From IMG/VR virus record IMGVR_UViG_3300010939_000103: a DNA stretch of 42,509 nt; one strand, 5' to 3'. Positions 7,363 to 16,063 of this stretch are shown piece by piece. Under the pieces are notes generated by a model. It saw nothing but the letters and a program-made list of their open reading frames with translations, had not been told where the DNA came from and searched no databases. Within the stretch, counting starts at the first letter, position 1, and the number at the start of each line of letters is the position of its first letter. Source of the DNA: a virus. A program made the translations under genes and the position numbers.

Positions 7363-8245
7363 GTTTATTTGTCCCGACGGAGAAACGATAGAGACGGGTT
7401 CCTGCCTAGCCTCATGTAGGATGTCCACCCGATGCTTAACACTCCCTACCATCATTACGCTGTTGAGTGGCATCAGGGAGTGGAATGGTAAGCCCTCCAC
7501 AACCCAACTTCTCAATGGCACGATGCTGGAGTACCTCAAGATTAAGCATGAGTACGCCATACGTCCTACCGCTAGAGCCTTTGTGCTTCTGGGTACGGCG
7601 CACCACATACAACTTGCAAAGCCAGTAGGTAAGTGGATAGCGGAGCAGCACTGGAGCGAAGAGGACATATCTGGAACCTCCGACCTACTAGAACCTGACG
7701 AGAAGGTACCAGGCTCCCATATCCTTACTGACTACAAATCCTTTGGTAGTTTCCGCGTTGCTCTGCTTCTAGGTCTTGTCTCTGAGGTAACGTATCCGCC
7801 TGACGGAGAGCGGTATGTAAACTCCGGCAAGTGGGGTAAAGCCGGAGATATCAAACCTGTAAAGATATGGAAGCGCAATCCTGACAAAGTTAGCGCCATT
7901 GACGAGGAGCTTCAATTGAATCACTACCGCCTTTTGGCGGAGTCGTCAGGATTTCCAATCTCCAGAATGCAACTACAGGTCACCGTTAGGGATGGTGGCA
8001 TACTAGCTGCAAGGGATAGAGGCATCACAGAGGATATCTACATCATTCCAATCAAGAGGCTGCCTGATGAGGACGTTGCTAACTACTTTAGAGTCAAGCG
8101 TCTTGCATTGGAGCACGCACTTGCCCACAATGAAATGCCTCCACCTTGTAGTGAGCACGAATCCTGGGAGAGGAGGCGATGTAAGGATTACTGTGATGTA
8201 GCAGCCCTATGTCCACAAGGTCAACGAGTCCTAGCAGGAGGTTGA
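7349..8245 (+). CDS. PD-(D/E)xK exonuclease with Cys cluster (Cas4/RecB-like)
   Basis: HILTDYKS matches the D..(D/E)xK core. An N-terminal Cys (CLASC) and the C-terminal CSEHESWERRRCKDYCDVAALC give the four-Cys Fe-S pattern of Cas4/AddB-type nucleases. Confidence 0.78.
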   Translation: MPVTRFICPDGETIETGSCLASCRMSTRCLTLPTIITLLSGIREWNGKPSTTQLLNGTMLEYLKIKHEYAIRPTARAFVLLGTAHHIQLAKPVGKWIAEQHWSEEDISGTSDLLEPDEKVPGSHILTDYKSFGSFRVALLLGLVSEVTYPPDGERYVNSGKWGKAGDIKPVKIWKRNPDKVSAIDEELQLNHYRLLAESSGFPISRMQLQVTVRDGGILAARDRGITEDIYIIPIKRLPDEDVANYFRVKRLALEHALAHNEMPPPCSEHESWERRRCKDYCDVAALCPQGQRVLAGG

Positions 8246-8246
8246 G

Positions 8247-9083
8247 ATGGTCCAGGCCCTTGATGCTCCAATCCTAGAGCTGGAAAGTTTGGCTCTAGGT
8301 ATATGGGGCGATATAAAGACGTGTAAGACCACGTTTGCCCTAACATTCCCTAAGCCACTAATCCACTTCGACCTTGACCAGGGTATCAAACGAGCCCTAC
8401 CAAGGTTTAGGGAATTCTCGTACCAGCAGGTGGCAGAGAACATGCCACTATTATCTGTCACCAAACTGACCGATATCATATCAAAGCCCTATAGGCTACC
8501 TATCAAGTGGCCAGGACAACCCGTAGCAAGTATGCTATCGCTCTGGGATGTTTTCATGGACGACCTTAGAGTGGCATGTGAAACACCTGAGATTAAGACC
8601 ATAGTAGTAGACACGGGCTCCGTGCTTTGGAGGATTGCAACGCAAGCTCACCTTGAGCGGGTACAGAAGGAGAAGCCAGAGCGAGTAAACCTTATCCAGA
8701 TAGAGTACGCGAAACCTAATACAGAAATGCGAGGCGCCATAGGTGCAGTTAAAGCCTATGGGAAGAACCTTGTAATGGTCCACCACGTAGGCGGTATCTA
8801 TAAAGATGTCCTGACCGCCAAAGGCGTAGAACAGCAGAGGGTAGGTGATACTTGGGAAGGCTTTGGCGGTATGGGCGGTATGGTAGACATAGTGGTGCGA
8901 GCCTACATTGACCACGTTCAGGGCAACTACATTGCGGGTAAAGGCCTAACGTATACACAGGTTCCCACCATAGCTATCGAGACCTCAGGAGTAACACTTG
9001 CCGCTGAGGGCATGACTCTACCTAACCCAAAGTACGAAACACTGATGGGTCTGCTAAACGCTCTCCGCACCCAAGGAGCCTAG
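8247..9083 (+). CDS. RecA-fold ATPase, AAA_24/Sak4-like recombination protein
   Basis: The P-loop-like segment is GIWGDIKTCKTT and Walker B is TIVVDTGS. The gene sits next to the exonuclease. Confidence 0.65.
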   Translation: MVQALDAPILELESLALGIWGDIKTCKTTFALTFPKPLIHFDLDQGIKRALPRFREFSYQQVAENMPLLSVTKLTDIISKPYRLPIKWPGQPVASMLSLWDVFMDDLRVACETPEIKTIVVDTGSVLWRIATQAHLERVQKEKPERVNLIQIEYAKPNTEMRGAIGAVKAYGKNLVMVHHVGGIYKDVLTAKGVEQQRVGDTWEGFGGMGGMVDIVVRAYIDHVQGNYIAGKGLTYTQVPTIAIETSGVTLAAEGMTLPNPKYETLMGLLNALRTQGA

Positions 9084-9084
9084 A

Positions 9085-9837
9085 ATGGCTGAGAAGCCTA
9101 AGCCTGTAATCTACGTTGATATCTTTGAGCCTCAAGAGGACAAGGCGAAAGGTATCATTGGTGCAAAGAAGGGTTTGGAGAAGTGGTCGGTGGACGTAGA
9201 AATAAAGAACATGGTGCCAACAGGCTTCGCCGATTACACTTGGTTTGGTAACGAAATAACTACCTTTGAGCACAAGAAGGCGGACCAGATGTTGGCTGAG
9301 CTTGGTGGTCGCTTGGACGAACAACTTAACAAGCACGCGGGTCACGCTGAGAGGGTGGGATTGATAACCGATGGTATCATTACTCCGAACCCTCAAGGTG
9401 GCTGCGACCTGTGGCAGAGGTCTAAGGATGGCAGGTTCTTTGTCAAGACAAGAATCCATCACACCGGCTATGAGCAGTATATGGCCTATGTGTGGAGCAT
9501 CACAAGAGAAGGTGTGGAGTACATCAACGTGCCTGACGAGTATTCCTTGTACCTGGCGCTGGCCACCTTTGCTCACAACTCCCATAAGCCTTCTCACGAT
9601 ACCTTCAGGAAGCACATCAAGAAGCGTCCTAATACCTTTGAAACAGACCCACACATAGAAACCCTCATGGGCGTAGGAGACGCTAAAGTTGGCGAGATAA
9701 ATGCCCAAAAGCTATTAGAGCACTTCCGTACCCCTTTTAGAGTTTTTACTGCACAGCCCGAGGATGGTATGGATGTGGTTGGGCAAGCTATGTGGAGACG
9801 CATAATGAAGGGGATTGGAAGGGAAATAAGTGCGTAA
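9085..9837 (+). CDS. ERCC4-type (XPF/Mus81/Hef-like) nuclease with C-terminal (HhH)2
   Basis: GFADY...FEHKKADQM fits GDY...ERKxxD. The C-terminus LMGVGDAKVGEINAQKLLEHFRTPFRVFTAQPEDGMDVVGQAMWRRI resembles tandem helix-hairpin-helix motifs. Confidence 0.65.
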   Translation: MAEKPKPVIYVDIFEPQEDKAKGIIGAKKGLEKWSVDVEIKNMVPTGFADYTWFGNEITTFEHKKADQMLAELGGRLDEQLNKHAGHAERVGLITDGIITPNPQGGCDLWQRSKDGRFFVKTRIHHTGYEQYMAYVWSITREGVEYINVPDEYSLYLALATFAHNSHKPSHDTFRKHIKKRPNTFETDPHIETLMGVGDAKVGEINAQKLLEHFRTPFRVFTAQPEDGMDVVGQAMWRRIMKGIGREISA

Positions 9838-10687
9838 TGAGCCTCAAAGGACTCTATACCATACAGGACCCGAGAGTGGAGACAACGCTATGGGTGAACG
9901 CCTTAACTTTCCACGTGACACTGAGCGTTACAGAAACTTCGTGCGGGAGTCCACTGAGCACCCGGCGAAGCTGGAGATACGGACCTTCGCATGGCTAGTC
10001 GAGCAGTACACGAAGCCTGGGGATACCATATTAGACCCAATGAGTGGTATAGGGACTGTTCATTGGGCAGCCACTATGGGTCGCAACACCGTGGCTATAG
10101 AGCTGGTTCCACGGTTCGTTGAAATCCAACGCATGAACATCGAGAAGTTGAGGACCGACCATGGCTTCACGAGCCCGCAAGAACCCAAACTCTTTGAAGG
10201 GGACTGCCGTAGATTTTTACCTTTATCTTCCATCGGACTCCCGTCCGTGGAAGCTATCGTTTTTTCTCCCCCCTACGGTTCTCTTATTTCAGGTGCTGAT
10301 AAAGGCAATAAACTTATGGAAGAAAAGCACATCGTAATGACCTACGATGAGCAAATCGCCAACGTTGGTAACCTGTCAGTTTATCCTCAGTACCTGGAGG
10401 CGATGAAGGGTATCTATAGGAAGTGCTTTGAAACCACTAAGCCTGGTGGTGTGCTGGTCAGTGTTACCAAGGACTACATCAAGGCAGGTAGGAGGGTTTG
10501 GGTGAGCAGGGATAACCTTAGGATAATGCTCGCCGCAGGCTACGTAATGGAGGACTGGCACACACGCTACACCGACCCTAAGATTTTCCAGATAACCGCA
10601 CAGAAGCGCCGCGAGGAGAAAGGAGAGGACAAAGCTGTATTAAACATTGATTCAGAGGACCTATTGGTAGTGAGGAAGCCACTATGA
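9830..10687 (+). CDS. DNA methyltransferase (amino-MTase, SPPY motif IV)
   Basis: Motif X/I is HPAKLEIRTFAWLVEQYTKPGDTILDPMSGIGT and motif IV is IVFSPPYG. The order I before IV is gamma-like. An alternative start is the ATG at 9890. No cognate nuclease is seen. Confidence 0.85.
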   Translation: MRNEPQRTLYHTGPESGDNAMGERLNFPRDTERYRNFVRESTEHPAKLEIRTFAWLVEQYTKPGDTILDPMSGIGTVHWAATMGRNTVAIELVPRFVEIQRMNIEKLRTDHGFTSPQEPKLFEGDCRRFLPLSSIGLPSVEAIVFSPPYGSLISGADKGNKLMEEKHIVMTYDEQIANVGNLSVYPQYLEAMKGIYRKCFETTKPGGVLVSVTKDYIKAGRRVWVSRDNLRIMLAAGYVMEDWHTRYTDPKIFQITAQKRREEKGEDKAVLNIDSEDLLVVRKPL

Positions 10688-11001
10688 GCGACCTAACGTT
10701 TGATAAGTACGAAGTGATGGCCAAGGAGACGGCAAACTATCCCTGGTCAGGTAGTGCCAGTGGCCTGCTTTACGCAACCATAGCCATGTCGGGAGAATCC
10801 GGGGAGTATTCCAACGAAATCAAAAAGATGCTCCGTGATGATGGTGGTACGCTCAATACAGAGAGGCGAGAAAGGCTTATCCTAGAACTAGGCGATATAC
10901 TCTGGTATGTAAGCGCGAACTGCCGAGAGCTAGGAGTCACCATGGCAGAGGTGGCGGAAAGAAACCACCAGAAGCTGAAGGCTAGATATCGAGGAGGTTG
11001 A
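10684..11001 (+). CDS. mazG: MazG-like nucleoside triphosphate pyrophosphohydrolase
   Basis: The EXXE-type metal motifs GESGEYSNEIKK and ELGDILWY, followed by RNHQKL, are typical of the small all-alpha MazG family. Confidence 0.85.
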   Translation: MSDLTFDKYEVMAKETANYPWSGSASGLLYATIAMSGESGEYSNEIKKMLRDDGGTLNTERRERLILELGDILWYVSANCRELGVTMAEVAERNHQKLKARYRGG

Positions 11002-11002
11002 T

Positions 11003-11269
11003 ATGCTGCCAGGAGATGACCCAAATAAGACTGAAAAGTTTTGGATGGTCCACGTTGATGGTGGCATGAGAGCGCCTATGTACCGTCACAAGTCAAAGGA
11101 GTTAGCCATTACGGAGGCCAAGAGGTTGACGTTATTGCAAAGAAGCATGACCTTTGTGCTGGAAACTGTAGAGGCTTACCAAACAGACTACGACGTGGAT
11201 ACATTACATAGTGAGGAGGTTCTGCATGTTCGCAAGGTTAGTCCAAAAACTGGTACGACGGCAACTTAG
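11003..11269 (+). CDS. Hypothetical protein
   Basis: 88-aa ORF preceded by GAGGAGGTTGAT upstream. Confidence 0.6.
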   Translation: MLPGDDPNKTEKFWMVHVDGGMRAPMYRHKSKELAITEAKRLTLLQRSMTFVLETVEAYQTDYDVDTLHSEEVLHVRKVSPKTGTTAT

Positions 11270-11384
11270 GCAATGGTACACAGCGACCCTGCATGAGGAC
11301 GGCTCCATGACGATTCGTGTTTCACCGGAATTCCTCAACATGATAATGGAGAACGACAATGGACTTCAACGAGGTAAAGACTAA
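11226..11384 (+). CDS. Possible small overlapping ORF (52 aa)
   Basis: The ATG lies 6 nt after GAGGAGG (11213-11219). It overlaps both neighbouring ORFs, so the call is uncertain. Confidence 0.3.
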   Translation: MFARLVQKLVRRQLRQWYTATLHEDGSMTIRVSPEFLNMIMENDNGLQRGKD

Positions 11385-11661
11385 GCTGGAGTTCGGGGTC
11401 TTCATGCAGTCTGGTGGCTACTCTGCTGAGATAAGCAAGAGGGGTTTCCAATTCGTATCGGAGTCTGATTGGTCTGGTAAGTGCCCGAATGGAGTAGACG
11501 AGCACCTTCACGGTCCTTCAGGACACTGGTGTAAGGACTGCTTTCAGGCCTATATACCAAGCACCAAAATTAACGTCTTGACGGATAAGGAGATAGTAAC
11601 GGTAGCACGAGACATAGGTAATTCGCTAACACCACCAGAAGGCGTTAGAGTTATCCATTGA
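11359..11661 (+). CDS. Hypothetical Cys/His-rich protein
   Basis: 100-aa ORF containing CPNGVDEHLHGPSGHWCKDC. Confidence 0.6.
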   Translation: MDFNEVKTKLEFGVFMQSGGYSAEISKRGFQFVSESDWSGKCPNGVDEHLHGPSGHWCKDCFQAYIPSTKINVLTDKEIVTVARDIGNSLTPPEGVRVIH

Positions 11662-13352
11662 CCACCATCAAGAACTTCGCCTACTTTGGGACTAGGGCCC
11701 CTAGCCTCAACTTGGTTATGGACCTACATGGTATGACCCATGGCGAAGTCGGCGTGGACATAGAGACCAAAAGCATAGAGGACCAGACGCCTCTCGGAAT
11801 AGGCTTTGCCCTAAGCGTCAATGAGGCCTTCTACTTTCCCTTCGACTCGCCTGTGTTACCTTGGCATATCCTAACTAACCCTAACATTACCAAGGTTTTC
11901 CACAACGGCCACTTCGACCTAGGGGTTCTCAAACGCTCATTTGGAATCATAGCTACTCCCGTGGTGGATACCATCATAGCAGCACACTTGCTGGGTAAAC
12001 CTCCGAGGCTGCTGGACCTAGCGGCTTTGATGCTGGACCAGCAATGGGAAGCTTCTCACCTCATAGATATCCGAGACCTCATAGGCAAGGCTGGTAAATC
12101 GCAGCTAACCATGGACCAAGTACCTCAGGAGCAGGTGGCTAAAAAGTGCTGCCTGGATGCTGAGGCGACTATAGGCCTTTGGCAGATTCTGAAACAGGAG
12201 ATTCCCAAGGCTGCCTTTGACCTGGAAATGAAATGCCTACCACTATTTATGGAAATTGAAGGGCGGGGAATGCGAATAGACCAGGATAGGCTGGCGGAGC
12301 ACATTAAAAAGGTAACAGTCTCCGTCAACTTCTACAGAGGTCTCGCAGAGGGCCAGGGATTTAATCCAGGTTCATCAAAGCAGGTGGCCGCGATTCTTGA
12401 AGGTCGTGGCCACTATGTTAAGTACAAGAGGCAGACTGGTAACCCTATACTGCCTAAGGAATACCTAGAGACCTACTACTATGAGGACCCAATAGCCCAC
12501 CTCATAGTCCAATATAGGAACAATAGGTCTACTCTCTCGAACCTGGAAGCTATCAGGGACAAGCATCTGGATGGGGATAGGATATATGGCAGAATTCACC
12601 AGATAGGCGCCGATACTGGTAGGCCATCTACATCTAAACCTAATAGACAGAATATTCCAGAGGAGCTTAGGGACATCTTCATAGCCAGTGAGGACTGCTA
12701 CTACGACGACATTGACCTCTCTCAGATAGAGCTTCGTGCCGTAGCTTGGCTCTCTCAGGACAAGGCTATGCTAAGGGCCTTTGAGGTAGGAGAGGACTTC
12801 CACGCAGAGACATCCCAACTGATGTTTGGTAACCAGTTGCCAGCAAACAGGCGCAGAGCCAAGGAGACCAACTTCTCTGTACTCTATCTTGGTACAGAAA
12901 TGACCATGTTCCTTAGGAACCAGATACCTTTGGAACTAGGCCGTGAATTCATAGCAAAGCATAGGGCAGCATTTCCTAGGCTCTATGAGTGGATGCAGGA
13001 AACCATAGCGTTCTGTAGGAAGAATGGTTATACAGAGACTTGGTTAGGTCGTAGACGAAGCTTCCCTGATATAAACTCCTCACAGAGCTGGAAGCGAGAA
13101 GCCGATGAGCGCGCCTGCGTAAACCTTCCCGTACAGGGCACCGCATCAGAAATCCTTAAGGAGTTGCAGATAAGGCTAAGAGAGGAACCACAATGTAACA
13201 TGGTTCACGACGAACTGCTAAACGATGTTCCTTTTGGTCACAAGTTGAAGTTGGAAGGCATCACAGATGGTCTAGCACCTTTTCCAACACCTGCAAAGCG
13301 CAAGGTTGGGCTTAACTGGAGGGACCTAGTGGAGATTGGAGGTATAAGCTAA
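11658..13352 (+). CDS. Family A DNA polymerase with 3'-5' exonuclease domain
   Basis: ExoI is GVDIETKS and ExoII is HNGHFDLGVL. Motif A is DLSQIELR, motif B is RRRAKETNFSVLYLG and motif C is VHDELL. The start is uncertain: TTG at 11658 overlaps the upstream stop, and ATG at 11718 is an alternative. Confidence 0.95.
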   Translation: MTTIKNFAYFGTRAPSLNLVMDLHGMTHGEVGVDIETKSIEDQTPLGIGFALSVNEAFYFPFDSPVLPWHILTNPNITKVFHNGHFDLGVLKRSFGIIATPVVDTIIAAHLLGKPPRLLDLAALMLDQQWEASHLIDIRDLIGKAGKSQLTMDQVPQEQVAKKCCLDAEATIGLWQILKQEIPKAAFDLEMKCLPLFMEIEGRGMRIDQDRLAEHIKKVTVSVNFYRGLAEGQGFNPGSSKQVAAILEGRGHYVKYKRQTGNPILPKEYLETYYYEDPIAHLIVQYRNNRSTLSNLEAIRDKHLDGDRIYGRIHQIGADTGRPSTSKPNRQNIPEELRDIFIASEDCYYDDIDLSQIELRAVAWLSQDKAMLRAFEVGEDFHAETSQLMFGNQLPANRRRAKETNFSVLYLGTEMTMFLRNQIPLELGREFIAKHRAAFPRLYEWMQETIAFCRKNGYTETWLGRRRSFPDINSSQSWKREADERACVNLPVQGTASEILKELQIRLREEPQCNMVHDELLNDVPFGHKLKLEGITDGLAPFPTPAKRKVGLNWRDLVEIGGIS

Positions 13353-13483
13353 TGAAACTGCTACTTGGAATAGTCAGCATGGGCAAGTTCCTTGAATTAA
13401 ATTGGCCCCTCAGGGTGGTAGCGATACTCTGTGCATTGGTTATGGCTGAACTAATCCTCAGGGCTGCGTCTGTAATACTCTAG
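13352..13483 (+). CDS. Small hydrophobic protein (43 aa)
   Basis: The ATG overlaps the polymerase stop (TAATG). The translation is MKLLLGIVSMGKFLELNWPLRVVAILCALVMAELILRAASVIL. Confidence 0.4.
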   Translation: MKLLLGIVSMGKFLELNWPLRVVAILCALVMAELILRAASVIL

Positions 13484-13537
13484 GCTTGGAGGAGTATTAA
13501 TGAAATGGTCAGTACGTTTTAGGAAAGCATTACTCAC

Positions 13538-13708
13538 ATGTTCGTAAAGCATTATCACTGTCCCAACGGCTGCAAGAAGCCTCAACCCTTTATGACCATT
13601 AGGCCAGGCAGAACCGTGAGGATTAAATACTGCGGGAAGTGTTACTTTAAGTACGAGGAGTGGACCAGGGTATTTCTTTGCACACCAATAACGTGCCCAG
13701 GAGGTTAA
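13538..13708 (+). CDS. Possible zinc-ribbon protein (56 aa)
   Basis: The translation is MFVKHYHCPNGCKK...KYCGKCYFKY...CTPITCPGG. The RBS is weak. It is preferred over the antisense 128-aa ORF at 13451..13837. Confidence 0.35.
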   Translation: MFVKHYHCPNGCKKPQPFMTIRPGRTVRIKYCGKCYFKYEEWTRVFLCTPITCPGG

Positions 13709-13711
13709 GTA

Positions 13712-14158
13712 ATGTGGCTGGTATACTGCTCTGAATGCGGTCCTGTCCACATAGGAAGCATTAAACGCGATGCATTTAGGCTTGCACACAAGCATCCTCA
13801 TCCAGCATTCTGTGGTAAGGTGGAAGCGCCTAGACAACCTCAGGTCTACTTTAGAGAGGACGAGGATATGGTAGGTACGACGATAGGCCTGGCGATAAGA
13901 GACCTAGCCTCACCCATACTTAGGAGCCTTACAAGTCCCTCAAATGTGGTACTGCATGAGGAAATGATGAGCTCCTATGTATTCAATACACCCTACTCAA
14001 CCTCAAGACTCAGGGACCTAGAGGAAGAGATGGAAGCAAGATATGGAAGTCTCGGTCCTATTTCCCTAACATCAACGTATAAGCCTGAGTCGGATGTAAT
14101 CCATGTAGTCGTTACGCAAAGGCGCCAACAAGTAATGGGAGGAGGCAGACATGGTTGA
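13712..14158 (+). CDS. Hypothetical protein
   Basis: 148-aa ORF with AGGAGG 8 nt upstream. Confidence 0.65.
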   Translation: MWLVYCSECGPVHIGSIKRDAFRLAHKHPHPAFCGKVEAPRQPQVYFREDEDMVGTTIGLAIRDLASPILRSLTSPSNVVLHEEMMSSYVFNTPYSTSRLRDLEEEMEARYGSLGPISLTSTYKPESDVIHVVVTQRRQQVMGGGRHG

Positions 14159-14579
14159 ACGAGTTTCATGGGACCGCTATTTTCTTAACATCGCTAAGGA
14201 GGTTTCGACAAGAGCCACATGCAGCAGAGCGTCGGTGGGTGCGGTTTTAGTCCAGGGTAATAGGATACTTACCACGGGCTATAACGGAGCCCCTCCAGGT
14301 ATGAGGCATTGTGACCACGACAATATAACTGGAGGAGGTGGCGACGTAGTTGATAACCATTGTACCGTGGCCATCCATGCGGAAGTCAATGCCGTTGCTC
14401 AGGCAGCCGCCATAGGCGTCTCGGTGCATAGGGCCACATGCTATCTATACGATACCCTGTATAGAGGTCAAAACTGCCGCAACTGCACCCAGATACTCCT
14501 AGCAGCAGGTATAGATATAGTGAAGCGCCTTGATGAAAAGGGCATGGTTGTTCATCTATATCTTCCTGACCTCTACTAA
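14151..14579 (+). CDS. dCMP (deoxycytidylate) deaminase
   Basis: WDRYFLNIAKEVSTRATCSRASVGAVLV, GYNGAPPG, the zinc motif HAEVNA and the later CRNC are typical of the ComEB/dCMP deaminase family. Confidence 0.9.
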   Translation: MVERVSWDRYFLNIAKEVSTRATCSRASVGAVLVQGNRILTTGYNGAPPGMRHCDHDNITGGGGDVVDNHCTVAIHAEVNAVAQAAAIGVSVHRATCYLYDTLYRGQNCRNCTQILLAAGIDIVKRLDEKGMVVHLYLPDLY

Positions 14580-14617
14580 TCTTATGCACCAACCACATAA
14601 AACGCATTTAAAGCGAA

Positions 14618-14697
14618 TTACATGCATGTACGCAATCGCGTGACTAGAATTGAATCCGACCTAGAAGCACTCGGATTCAGCGCGTTTACATGCATGT
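14618..14697. promoter_or_regulatory. Two copies of TTACATGCATGT (10-bp palindrome ACATGCATGT) flanking a 9-bp-stem hairpin
   Basis: The boxes are at 14618-14629 and 14686-14697. The hairpin is TGAATCCGA (14651-14659) / TCGGATTCA (14671-14679) with an 11-nt loop. It lies in the intergenic gap before the zinc-finger gene. Confidence 0.5.
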
Positions 14698-14752
14698 GTC
14701 AGCCGCCTACGTGCCCGGCAAGCGTCGGACCAGCTAGAGGAGAGCGTAAACC

Positions 14753-14953
14753 ATGGCGACCTGCAAGCAGTGTGAAGCGGATTTCAAGGAAACTACCTAC
14801 TGGCAGAGGTTTTGTAGTGATAAGTGCCGCAATGCCTATCACAACACGACCAATCCTGTAACCACCAGAGGCAAGAGGTCCACTAGGTTCAATGCTCTGC
14901 ATCCAAATGACCCAACAAGGAAAGCTAAAGCTAAGAAATTAGGGAGGATATAA
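14753..14953 (+). CDS. Small basic zinc-finger protein (CxxC-x13-CxxxC), candidate transcription regulator
   Basis: 66 aa, reading MATCKQCEADFKETTYWQRFCSDKCRNAYH followed by a Lys/Arg-rich tail. It is the penultimate gene of the + arm. Confidence 0.65.
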   Translation: MATCKQCEADFKETTYWQRFCSDKCRNAYHNTTNPVTTRGKRSTRFNALHPNDPTRKAKAKKLGRI

Positions 14954-15351
14954 TGGAATACAATGACCTGGAATCAGTGCTGACACTGGGGCAAAGAGAG
15001 GAACTGGAGTCCAAGGGCCTTTGGGAGGATTGGCTGGTAAAGGCTACTGGATTATTGGATGCGGCCAAGAGGGGGAACAGGAGAGGCGATGAACCATTCT
15101 TCCAAGCTTGTCTACAGCGTCTCTACGATGGGTCTCTGGAGCATGGACTGAGCTGGCAGCACCTGGATAATCTCCATGAGTCTATGGAGGAGACACTTGA
15201 CGGAGCCAACTACGCAGTCTTTGAGTTCCTAAAGAGGTCGCAAGCAGGTGTACTCAGCTTAGCACAGGTTCAAGCGCTAACCCTGGCCTTTGACAGTATG
15301 GTGGATGCCTGGGAGAACCTTAATGAGTACAAGGATATGGTCCACGTCTAG
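14953..15351 (+). CDS. Hypothetical protein
   Basis: 132-aa ORF whose ATG overlaps the upstream stop (TAATG). Confidence 0.7.
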   Translation: MEYNDLESVLTLGQREELESKGLWEDWLVKATGLLDAAKRGNRRGDEPFFQACLQRLYDGSLEHGLSWQHLDNLHESMEETLDGANYAVFEFLKRSQAGVLSLAQVQALTLAFDSMVDAWENLNEYKDMVHV

Positions 15352-15701
15352 GAAAGCTCCAGCTGGAATATCACCGTGAGGTCATTGGTACCCTTAACGA
15401 AGTTACTTAGACCTCTCACCAGCATACTGCCTGAGTCCGCGGCACCTGTGCCATTCAGGAATAGACCTGCCTCGTCCATAGTGGCAGGTAGGTCAGCGTT
15501 TGGAAAGAATGCCCGTATCTGGATGCTCTTACCCTGCCGAAAGGTCTTGGTGACAGCCTTGCGATTGGTTTCAGTACCCAACTGAGTGTCAGAGGATGTA
15601 GGAGCGGTAGTGCTAGTGCCAACTCCAACATGAGTGGCATCGTCGAGCACTACTTGAGCGGCTCGCCCCAGTCCCTCAATGATTACTACGACGGTGGCCA
15701 T
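15348..15701 (-). CDS. Tail-fibre-associated protein (tail-collar N-terminal-like)
   Basis: 117 aa. THVGVGTSTTAPTSSDTQLGTETNRKAV resembles the (M)AVGdG..P..sqtaL.nE pattern of phage tail-collar fibre N-domains. It is the last gene of the virion operon. Confidence 0.6.
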   Translation of the reverse strand: MATVVVIIEGLGRAAQVVLDDATHVGVGTSTTAPTSSDTQLGTETNRKAVTKTFRQGKSIQIRAFFPNADLPATMDEAGLFLNGTGAADSGSMLVRGLSNFVKGTNDLTVIFQLELS

Positions 15702-16063
15702 TATTCACCGAACTTTAAGCCAACTCGTGGCTTCTTGGCATTGGCAGGACGTGTTAGGTGGGTCAACCCAAACTCACTGGAAATCTGAGCTATGGTTCTA
15801 CCAGTCAGCCTTCCGCCTAGAGCGGCATGAAAGATAGGATTTGCTGTTATACTCACCCTCGCGGTTCCTACCTCAACATCAATGGATAATAGTCTAAACT
15901 CTATACCACGCTCCTCTTCAGGAATACCAACAGGCCACACGAATGAACTGGCTAGTTCTAAGGGTCCTATACACCTCACGGGGTCATTAGGGTCGCCAGA
16001 GAAGGTCTCCCAGTTCAGGACAGAACCAGTTATAGGTAGTAGATGGACCTGTTCAATCATCAT
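15701..16063 (-). CDS. Hypothetical virion/fibre-assembly protein
   Basis: 120-aa ORF coupled to its neighbours by ATGA-type overlaps. Confidence 0.6.
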   Translation of the reverse strand: MMIEQVHLLPITGSVLNWETFSGDPNDPVRCIGPLELASSFVWPVGIPEEERGIEFRLLSIDVEVGTARVSITANPIFHAALGGRLTGRTIAQISSEFGLTHLTRPANAKKPRVGLKFGE

